Below, piece by piece: positions 29,275 through 37,415 of a stretch of DNA of 47,006 nucleotides (positions are counted from its first letter, which is position 1; each line of letters opens with the position of its first letter). Both the position numbers and the translations under genes were made by a program. This DNA comes from Oligoflexia bacterium. GTDB lineage: Bacteria > Bdellovibrionota > UBA1018. The DNA is taken from the NCBI GenBank assembly GCA_043732485.1, contig JAYTHP010000019.1, forward strand, positions 1 through 47,006, read 5' to 3'. Below the pieces are notes generated by a model. That model worked only from the letters and a program-made list of their open reading frames with translations, had not been told where the DNA came from and ran no database searches.

Positions 29275-32200
29275 ATGAATCACCAGAGAAGAATTACTGA
29301 GCTTCGCCGAGACAAAACCGTTAGGCTTTTGAGATTGGCCAACACGCGCTGGTCTCTCACAGGCCCGGCTGCTTCTGGACCCCTTGTGGTCTTTCTCTTT
29401 TCCTTCGCTCACTTCTCCTTTGCGCAACTGCTCTTCCCACCCACAGTTCTTTTTGCAGCTCCTTTCACCGCCTCCTTTTTTCGCTCCCCCCCTAAATACC
29501 CCTCGCCTGAAGCACAAACTCAAAAGAACACTCCCCACCTACAGGAGTCAGAGCCGCCTGACGACAACAAAGTCCAGCAGAAAAGCTCTCAACCCGATGC
29601 GGAGCCTTCTCCCCTCGTTCGCCCTCGGCCGAACGCACACGTTGTAGGACTCGCGACGCTTGAAGCGGATTATCCTCCTTTCTGGCGCAGGCTTCCCCCT
29701 CCTCTGTTGCGCTTTTGGAGCTTAATGGCCGATCGCCGCAAAATCCACCGGGTTCGTCAGCTCAGCGTTACCGGCAACAAGCACCTGCCGGCATCATTGG
29801 GTGGTGCGGGCTCTCGCAGCCTGATTAACTCCCAGAATCGATTCTCGGGCAATACTCTCTTGCATCAATGTTTTGCGCGCGCTGCTTTACCTCCTAGTGC
29901 GTTTTCGAAGATCAAGCTACTGCGGCAAGGACAAAGTAACGAGAGCGAATGGAGCGATTGCGAAGCGCTGTTACAACTCGGAGCCGATCCTTTGATCCTC
30001 AACCAAGCAGGTTTGAGTGCTTTTGATTTGGCGCAAACACTGGAAGTGTTAGAGAAAATGCCGCCTGCTCTTAAGGAAAGCCTGGAAGATCGCTTGCAGC
30101 TGAAAAACTTACTGGATGGGTTCGCAGAGCACGCCGCTCAGCCGCCGCGCTCACAGCCAGTCGGTGATGCGCCTCAAGCTGATACTCACGCACGCTCCTC
30201 CGCCTCCCCGTCCTCTCTCTCAGCCCTTTCTTCTTCCTTTACGCACTCCTTCTCTTGCCCCTCAATCCTCTCAGGTTGCTCTTCAGGCAGCGCCTTGCTT
30301 GACCGTAGCCTAAAACGCTCAGACTATGCGTTGGCTGAGAACTTGCTCCAGCTGGGCGCAAATCCCCTCGAGCGCCAGCCAGAGGGCAACTCACCCTTCG
30401 AGCTGATGGCTGCGACGTGGGAGCAACTCCCGAAATCGCTGCAGTTTGCTTGTGATTTGAGCTTAGTCCAACTGTGGCTCAAAGAGGCGCGGACCGAGCC
30501 CCTTCGTGACAGCGCTTCTCGTGACAACCCTTCTCAGACTTTGAGCGAGTGTCTGAGTGTCAAACTCAATCACCTAGAGCCTTTTAGCCAGGAAACTCTG
30601 CTCCACCGCAGCCTGCGGGAGGGTCGGGTGGATTTTGTACAGCAGCTGTTGGTGTTAGGGGCTAGTTTGTTGACCCCCAATGCTTCAGGGCAAAACGCCT
30701 TGGAAGCCACCCAAGCCCTGGAGGCCTGGAAAACCTTACCTGCTGAGCTGAAAAGTGCTCTTGATCAAGCCTTACTGGCGCAACTCTTAGCCAAACAAAA
30801 CCCGCCTTGGTCTGCGCAAGACATCGCCCAGAAACTCAACCAAGCGGTTCGCGCCTCAGGCGAGACGCCGCTGCACCGAGCGTTAGCTTCTTCCCAGTAC
30901 GACTTTGCTCAAGCGCTGATCTTGCAAGGCGCTGATGCCTTGCAAGCCAACGCTCAGGGAGTTTCCAGCCTTAGACAGTTGCTTCGGACCGGGCAATGGC
31001 AAGAGGCGCCTAACACTTTAAAGGAGTTAATGAAGGTCCGCTTCAAGCCGCAAACCTCGCTGGGTTGGCCTTACAGTTTACTCCCTGTCAACGAAGCGGT
31101 GGCACTGGTGACGGAGTGGTTTCTAGATCCACAAGTCCAGGCTGGCCAGAGAGATAGGAATCTGGAACTGCTGCTTGCAGGTCAATCAGCCTTGCCTCCT
31201 GCGGTCTTCAGGCAAGTCTTTGATTTTTTCTTTACCCATTTGTACCTGCTCGATCCACCCCACTTCGTCGAACTCCTAGCGCAATTGCCTTCTGGGACTC
31301 TGGAGCATCACGGAACTCTGTTGCAAAAGGGCACCGCGGTGATTAAAAACCTCTTTGCCACTCCTTCACTCCACCAGCGCAAGCTGCTGATGGCTTACGT
31401 TGAGCAGTACGCCGACTCTCGCTCGCTCACAGCCCTCGTCAAATTGCAACTCCTCCCTACCCGCTTTACGGCTGAGGGCATCACCCAGCAGTTTCCATTG
31501 ACCTTACTTTCCCTAGGTCTACCGGCAGCCCTCCGGCAAGCGCTGAGCGACTCACAAAACGGCTCCCTCTCGCGCCTTCAAAGCATCGAGCTGCGTCTCT
31601 CCATCGATGCTATCCTACCGCTGGTCACCACCTTGCAAGACTGCAAACTGCTGCGCGATTTTCTAACGCTCAATCCCACCGGCGCTGAGACGCCTGACCC
31701 GCGAGACGTAAAACGACTAAAGCAACTCGTCCGCCTTGAGAAGCTGACAGCCTTACTCAAGAACACGGAGCTGCCGGAGCAAACCGAAGCCGTTACCCGC
31801 GCTTCGGACTACCTCACCCGGGTGACGGCGCACTTCATCAAGCTACACTTTAACTGGCCGTTTCTAGAGGCTTGGACCAAAAAGCGTTTTGAAGCCTTCC
31901 ATCAAGAAGATTTTCAGCCCGGTCTGGCGACTGATCGGTCAGATGCCGCTCTGGAAACTACTCAGCTTAAGACTGATCTTCAGGCACAAGAAACCGTCTG
32001 GCAATCTAGCCCTAAGCCCCACCTGGCAAGCGCTGAGGAGTTTGATTCCTCCAGTGCTTCCTTAGAGCTCTTGTCGCCTACCGATTACCTCGCAGGAGGC
32101 CCGACGAGCTTTCAATCGCTCCTCCCTGGTATCCAAGCGTTCTTGCAACAACAGCGAACGCATGCTCAGCTCACGCCTGAGCAGATGGGAGCAATCTTGA

Positions 32201-32562
32201 CTCAGGAGCATCAGCTGATCAGCTTTCAGCGGTTCTTTCTGCACGCGGTGTTGCAACTCGCGCCGTTACGAGGCCAGTACAATCACCCAGACTGCGATGC
32301 TTGCTGGGAAAACGGCATTTGCGCCTCAGACAATGCCCTGACCCAGCCACCCTGCCGGCTTAGAAAGCCAATTCGAATCTACCCGCCCAGCCTCAAGCCT
32401 GCAAAACGCCCGTTGCCTCATCCGTCGCTTCCTTCAGACCTTTCTTCAACCCTGCCACACGAGGAGGGTCAGGAAGCTCAGGAGATAACTGATGACGCTG
32501 ATGCGGATGATGCTGCTGCTAGGTCCGCAACCTCAGAAGAGCAACTGACAGCCTTGCGGTAA
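29275..32562 (+). CDS. Large ankyrin-repeat protein with uncharacterised C-terminal half
   Basis: GGAGG RBS before ATG 29275 (track start GTG 29206). Four spaced ANK-like units (GNTLLH, SALLD..LLQLGANP, QETLLH..LLVLGA, GETPLH..LILQGAD); N-terminal hydrophobic segment. Confidence 0.82.
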   Translation: MNHQRRITELRRDKTVRLLRLANTRWSLTGPAASGPLVVFLFSFAHFSFAQLLFPPTVLFAAPFTASFFRSPPKYPSPEAQTQKNTPHLQESEPPDDNKVQQKSSQPDAEPSPLVRPRPNAHVVGLATLEADYPPFWRRLPPPLLRFWSLMADRRKIHRVRQLSVTGNKHLPASLGGAGSRSLINSQNRFSGNTLLHQCFARAALPPSAFSKIKLLRQGQSNESEWSDCEALLQLGADPLILNQAGLSAFDLAQTLEVLEKMPPALKESLEDRLQLKNLLDGFAEHAAQPPRSQPVGDAPQADTHARSSASPSSLSALSSSFTHSFSCPSILSGCSSGSALLDRSLKRSDYALAENLLQLGANPLERQPEGNSPFELMAATWEQLPKSLQFACDLSLVQLWLKEARTEPLRDSASRDNPSQTLSECLSVKLNHLEPFSQETLLHRSLREGRVDFVQQLLVLGASLLTPNASGQNALEATQALEAWKTLPAELKSALDQALLAQLLAKQNPPWSAQDIAQKLNQAVRASGETPLHRALASSQYDFAQALILQGADALQANAQGVSSLRQLLRTGQWQEAPNTLKELMKVRFKPQTSLGWPYSLLPVNEAVALVTEWFLDPQVQAGQRDRNLELLLAGQSALPPAVFRQVFDFFFTHLYLLDPPHFVELLAQLPSGTLEHHGTLLQKGTAVIKNLFATPSLHQRKLLMAYVEQYADSRSLTALVKLQLLPTRFTAEGITQQFPLTLLSLGLPAALRQALSDSQNGSLSRLQSIELRLSIDAILPLVTTLQDCKLLRDFLTLNPTGAETPDPRDVKRLKQLVRLEKLTALLKNTELPEQTEAVTRASDYLTRVTAHFIKLHFNWPFLEAWTKKRFEAFHQEDFQPGLATDRSDAALETTQLKTDLQAQETVWQSSPKPHLASAEEFDSSSASLELLSPTDYLAGGPTSFQSLLPGIQAFLQQQRTHAQLTPEQMGAILTQEHQLISFQRFFLHAVLQLAPLRGQYNHPDCDACWENGICASDNALTQPPCRLRKPIRIYPPSLKPAKRPLPHPSLPSDLSSTLPHEEGQEAQEITDDADADDAAARSATSEEQLTALR

Positions 32563-34470
32563 ACCTGCCTGCAGGAGGTCTTTTTCGCTCAGACCTGCTT
32601 TGTTATGGCGAAAAGCGAGACTTCTGAGCGCTTTCAGTTGCGGCAGGCGTCTTGCAAGGGCGGCAGCCCCTTGCCTGCCGATGCCGTTACCACCCAAATC
32701 GAGAGTCGCAAGCGCTGGGAGCTCAGCCAAGTGCTCAGCGACCGCTAGGGCTCCAGCATCCCGGAGGCTGTTATTGTTCAAGCAGAGGGTGGCGAGCTCC
32801 TTGAGAGGATGCAGATTGCTTGCCACCACTTGCGCTCCATTCGCTCGCAAACTATTGCCCCCGAGGCTCAAAAACTTCAGTTTGCTCAGCGCACCGAGCT
32901 GCGCCGCAATCGCTTTCGCTCCCTCAAACCTCAGCAGGTTGTATGCGAGGTGGAGGGTTGTGAGACCACTTAAGCTCTTAAAGCAAGCAGCCAAAGCTTT
33001 TGCCCCTTGATCCATGATCAAGTTATCATCAAGCTGGAGCATCTTTAAGTCTTGTAGTTTTGGCAACTGCGTTGCCAAGGCTTCGACGCCCGCAGTCAAA
33101 ATGCGATTATAGCGGAGATTTAGGCTCTCAAGCCCGGTGACGTGCTGCAAGTGGGTCGCTAAGGCGCGAGCGCCTGCGACGCCCACCCCGTTGACCTCCA
33201 AATTGAGATCCGTCAATTTTTTGACTTGCTGCAGCTGGCTTGCAATCCAAATCACACCCTGATCCCCCAATTCATTTTTCCCGAGATCAAGCTTGGTCAG
33301 GCCTGGTAAGTCGTGTAAGTGCTCAGCTAACGCCTCAGCCCCGTCAGGCCCCATCTGGTTATGACTTAAATTCAGCTGGGTCAACTTTCTCAAGCGAGGA
33401 AACTGAGCGACAATGCGCTTGGTGCCCTCAGGGCCTAGGGCATTCAAGGCTAAGTGAAGTTCGCGGAGCTGGGTGAGAGCGGGGAGACTGAGTGCAAGAC
33501 TGGCTGCTCCCTCCCCGCTGACGCCCCCGATCGCATTATTGCCAAGCTTGAGAATCACGAGCTGTTTGAGTGACGGCAGGGCTTTGGCTAAAAATTGCGC
33601 ACCCTGCTCCCCAAAGTCATTCACTTCCAGATCCAGTGTGCTGAGCTTGTGCAACGCGGCAACGCTAGGCGCTAAAACCTCGATTCCTTTGGCCCGCAAG
33701 TCATTATTGGCCAAGCCTAGCCAGCGCAACTCCTGCAATTCGGCAAGCGGCGTGGCAAGGGCGCTTGCCCCTGCTTGCCTGAGGTCATTATCCGCCAAAT
33801 CAAGCCCTTGCAATCGCGTGAGCTGAGGCAAGTGAAGGGCCAGCGCCCCGATGCCGCTTGGCCCAAGGTCGTTCCCTTTCAAATCAAGATGTTGTAGCTG
33901 GGCAGCCGACTTGAGCAACGCCCAAGTGGCTGAGGCAATGACTTGCGGTTGGGTTTGAAAGCTGATTTTAAGCCGATTAAAGGCTTGGGCCTCGGGTTTT
34001 CCCAAAAACTTGAGGAACGCAGCTAGCTCACCTTCACTGGCCAAAACCAGATTTAAGGCGTTCGAGCGGTAATGCGGCTTGCCATCCATAAACGCCGCAA
34101 AACTGAGCGGCTTGAGGTCTTGTGGCCAGTCGTCTTTTGCAGCCCTGATGGCTAGTAAATGGCTAGAGTCTGAGACGGCACGGTAAATCTGCTGACTAGC
34201 ACAAATCCAGCGCGCCCGGTCTTCGGATGCAAGGCTTTGCCCCACCTTCCGCAAAAGCTGAGCTGGCAAGTTGACTAGCTCAACGACACGAAGGTTTTTC
34301 GCAGACGACGACGAGGAAAATAACGAAGCATTCTCCGCCAGCCCCCCTCCGGCAAACAGATCGGGGACCCAGCCGGAGCCACCTTCCATGAGCACAATCC
34401 CCGTCACGCACAAAAACCGACCTGCCTGACCCTGCCAGCTTAAAAACCCGCTTCTTTTCCGTAAATTCAT
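32533..34470 (-). CDS. F-box-like / RI-type leucine-rich-repeat protein (paralogue 2)
   Basis: LVNLPAQLLRKVGQSLASEDRARWICASQQI F-box-like motif; about 16 regular 28-aa LRRs, LxxLxLxxNxLGxxGAxALA. Confidence 0.9.
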   Translation of the reverse strand: MNLRKRSGFLSWQGQAGRFLCVTGIVLMEGGSGWVPDLFAGGGLAENASLFSSSSSAKNLRVVELVNLPAQLLRKVGQSLASEDRARWICASQQIYRAVSDSSHLLAIRAAKDDWPQDLKPLSFAAFMDGKPHYRSNALNLVLASEGELAAFLKFLGKPEAQAFNRLKISFQTQPQVIASATWALLKSAAQLQHLDLKGNDLGPSGIGALALHLPQLTRLQGLDLADNDLRQAGASALATPLAELQELRWLGLANNDLRAKGIEVLAPSVAALHKLSTLDLEVNDFGEQGAQFLAKALPSLKQLVILKLGNNAIGGVSGEGAASLALSLPALTQLRELHLALNALGPEGTKRIVAQFPRLRKLTQLNLSHNQMGPDGAEALAEHLHDLPGLTKLDLGKNELGDQGVIWIASQLQQVKKLTDLNLEVNGVGVAGARALATHLQHVTGLESLNLRYNRILTAGVEALATQLPKLQDLKMLQLDDNLIMDQGAKALAACFKSLSGLTTLHLAYNLLRFEGAKAIAAQLGALSKLKFLSLGGNSLRANGAQVVASNLHPLKELATLCLNNNSLRDAGALAVAEHLAELPALATLDLGGNGIGRQGAAALARRLPQLKALRSLAFRHNKAGLSEKDLLQAGLPQGCQLLF

Positions 34471-34849
34471 GGATTTTGCCCCCCCCTTCCTTGCAGTTTA
34501 GCAAAAAGAGCGCAAAATCCTAGCATAAACAAGAAAAGGACAAACCGCGAGACTCCAACCCCACTGCACGGCCGGCAAACACACACCCTAGCCAATCAAT
34601 CTCAATTGTAAAAAAGGCTGCAACACCGCATTGCGCCTTCAAATGCTCTCTCGAACGCAGGAGCTTGAGTTCCTTGAGTTAAAGATGGCCGAGGGAGCGC
34701 AGGAACTAGCCTCAGCAATCGACTTTCTGCACCCTCAGCTCAACCTCCTTGAAGCTAAGGCTCACTCATTTTGGCGATGATTACGCTAGGATACTCGCAG
34801 GACTGTTTAGCCACGAGTACAACCGCCTCACCTGCTTTTCTCTCGCCCG

Positions 34850-36316
34850 TTAAAACAGCGCTCCGCGTAGCCACATACCGACGTAAGTGGCCTCCCAGAA
34901 GGTCCCTTGCCTGCCTGATACTTCATCAATTCTTTGGGCAGCAATCGGGATGACACTGACATAGGGCGTGAGGATGAACGCCTGACTGACTTTCACCGTC
35001 ACTCCTAAAAACAACGGCACCGGACTTAAGCGCCAAGCCGGGCTTTTGCCATTGGAGATTAAGGAAGCGTTAAACGGGTTCCAAGCCGATAAGATCTGCT
35101 TGCGGTAATCTAGACTACTACCTAGCGTGATCTGAACGGTTTCGCTCACGTCGTAGTTCACCGTCGGGGATAAGGCAAGCAGCAACTCAGGCTTGTTTTC
35201 CGGCACGCTGTTGGATAACTTTAAGCCTGGTTCGCCTGCATCATTGCGCCAGTAGAAAAAATAGCGCGGCGAGACCACTGCAAAAAACGACCAGCGACTG
35301 CTTGGCTCCTGGTATTGCAACTCAGCGAACATACCTGGGGTAAAAATCGCCGTGCGTTCTCGCGCGATGTAACCACTGAGCGGCTCAGGTAAGAAATAGG
35401 GAAACTCGGTATTCACGGCGCCCGTTAAGGACCAGTTTTTCCCCGAAAGCAGCCTTCCAGAAAACCCAATACGAGGGGTCTCCCAGCGCAAGATCGAGTA
35501 GCTGGGCATCTGCTGGGCGTTGTTCAAGAATACCCGAAAACGGAACTGTAAATCAAGCGCCAGGCCCTTGTCTGAGGGCGACGAGGAGCCAAATTTATAG
35601 CGCAAGGACATTTGGTTTTGAAGGTAGAGCCCCGGGTTTTCACTCGTGCCGTTTTGGTTGGGACTGATCTCAGGACGGATAAAGCCTGGACCGTAGAACT
35701 GAGTAAAATACCGCACCCCCCAGTGATCCTGGAGGCTTCTCCACCAGGCGCGCTCCTGCCCACGCGAAACCAGAGTGCTACTCTTTTGACTCCCACTACC
35801 GTCGTGCACACCGCTGACCACTGCTTGTTGCACGCTGAGTGGCGCAAGCGAGGGGAAGGATGATGATGAGGATGAGGATGAGGATGAGGAGGAAAACGCC
35901 ACAACGACATTCAACGGGACTACAACAGCGTCTGCGGCGGCCACCAAACCTAAGCGGGGCGCGGAAGGAAAAAACGGCGCTAAGTCAATGGGGTTTGAGT
36001 CTTGGGGAAAGGCAAGCCAAGTGGGGTAAGTTGCGGGGAGTGGTTCGGCAAACATTCCTGCCTGAGACACGCCGCTGCTGCCCAAGGACAAAAGCACACA
36101 ACAGCGGGACAAACAACGACGCGCCCAACGACGCGTCAGCTTCAGGTCAGACCCACCCAAAAAGGGCCAGAGACCGCTCTTAAGCCCCAGCACGGATCGT
36201 CTGCTCGCCTCACTCCCCAAAAGGAGTGGACGCAACCAGGTCTGCCGCAGCTTGAAAAAAAATCGCCTTTTAAACACGCAAAACCGCTTATAGCACACTC
36301 CACCACGATTCCCCAA
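34850..36316 (-). CDS. Putative outer-membrane beta-barrel protein with Ser-rich leader
   Basis: The C-terminal ~290 aa show alternating aromatic/polar strands and end YVGMWLRGALF (terminal Phe). Start codon uncertain. Confidence 0.6.
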   Translation of the reverse strand: MGNRGGVCYKRFCVFKRRFFFKLRQTWLRPLLLGSEASRRSVLGLKSGLWPFLGGSDLKLTRRWARRCLSRCCVLLSLGSSGVSQAGMFAEPLPATYPTWLAFPQDSNPIDLAPFFPSAPRLGLVAAADAVVVPLNVVVAFSSSSSSSSSSSSFPSLAPLSVQQAVVSGVHDGSGSQKSSTLVSRGQERAWWRSLQDHWGVRYFTQFYGPGFIRPEISPNQNGTSENPGLYLQNQMSLRYKFGSSSPSDKGLALDLQFRFRVFLNNAQQMPSYSILRWETPRIGFSGRLLSGKNWSLTGAVNTEFPYFLPEPLSGYIARERTAIFTPGMFAELQYQEPSSRWSFFAVVSPRYFFYWRNDAGEPGLKLSNSVPENKPELLLALSPTVNYDVSETVQITLGSSLDYRKQILSAWNPFNASLISNGKSPAWRLSPVPLFLGVTVKVSQAFILTPYVSVIPIAAQRIDEVSGRQGTFWEATYVGMWLRGALF

Positions 36317-36392
36317 GGTAAATGATCAGGAATTAGTACAGTGAAGCCTAAAGCTCGGAGTTTACTAGTTTTTTTGACTCTGCTAATTCTGG

Positions 36393-37415
36393 TCAGTTTC
36401 GGTTGGTTCCGGCTTGCGGTGATTGTAACAACACTCGTAGTAAATCGTTGCGCAAGGTGCCCTCCAGCAGGCAAAACACCCAGTGGGTAATCGGCATCGG
36501 GATGTTTTGTCGCAAGGCCACCTCCCAAACGCTCCCTGCCGTGCTAATGCCCTCTGCTTCTTGTCCCAGATCCTCTAAAATCGTCTCCAGCCGCTCTTGC
36601 TTGGCTAAGCGAAAGCCCACTTGGTAGTTGCGACTCAAAGGACTACAACAAGTGGCCATTAAATCTCCCAAGCCTGCCAAGCCCAAGAAGGTACGCTCTT
36701 GCGCTCCTAAGGCCGTGCTAAAGCGAATCATCTCAGCCAGCCCTTCCGTGACCAGCAGCGCTCTGGCGTTCCAGCCTAGATTGAGGGCATCCAAGGCGCC
36801 AGAGGCAATGGCCAGGATGTTCTTTAAAGCCCCCGCCCACTCTACTCCAATCACGTCTGAGGCCTGTCCGATGCGAAAATTCTCCTGACAAAACAGCACC
36901 TGCCCGGCCTCACAGACCTCTTGAAAGGCTGAGGCCACCAAGGTGGCCGCAGGCTCGCCTCTCGCAATCTCGACCGCAAGATTGGGTCCACTGATCACCC
37001 CGATTCGGCGGCACGGCAATTCCTCGAGCAAGACTTGTGAAATACGCTTAAGCGACCCCGGCTCAATCCCCTTAGTGGCGTGAAACAAGATCTCATCGCC
37101 GGAAAAAAAACTGGCGCTCTTGCGTGCTTGCTCCCGGCACACGCGAGCCGGTAAGGCCCAGAGCGTGGCGTGCAAACCTCCTTCAAAGAAGCGCTCCAAG
37201 GAACTAAAGGCATGCACCCGCTCGCCTAGGATCATTTTTGGTAAGTAATGGGAGTTGGTGCGCGTGGAGTTCATCAGCCGCACCGCCTCCTCATCGCGCA
37301 ACCACACCCGTACTTCTTGACAGTTTTGCGACAAACAATTGGCCAAGACAGTACCCCAACTGCCCCCGCCCATCACGCCTACTTTTGAATTACGCCAAAA
37401 ATCCTTGATCGTCAT
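36393..37415 (-). CDS. gpsA: NAD(P)H-dependent glycerol-3-phosphate dehydrogenase
   Basis: GGGSWGT, ATKGIE, SGPNLA, GALKNILAI and GLGDLMATC.S.LSRN. Confidence 0.96.
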   Translation of the reverse strand: MTIKDFWRNSKVGVMGGGSWGTVLANCLSQNCQEVRVWLRDEEAVRLMNSTRTNSHYLPKMILGERVHAFSSLERFFEGGLHATLWALPARVCREQARKSASFFSGDEILFHATKGIEPGSLKRISQVLLEELPCRRIGVISGPNLAVEIARGEPAATLVASAFQEVCEAGQVLFCQENFRIGQASDVIGVEWAGALKNILAIASGALDALNLGWNARALLVTEGLAEMIRFSTALGAQERTFLGLAGLGDLMATCCSPLSRNYQVGFRLAKQERLETILEDLGQEAEGISTAGSVWEVALRQNIPMPITHWVFCLLEGTLRNDLLRVLLQSPQAGTNRN

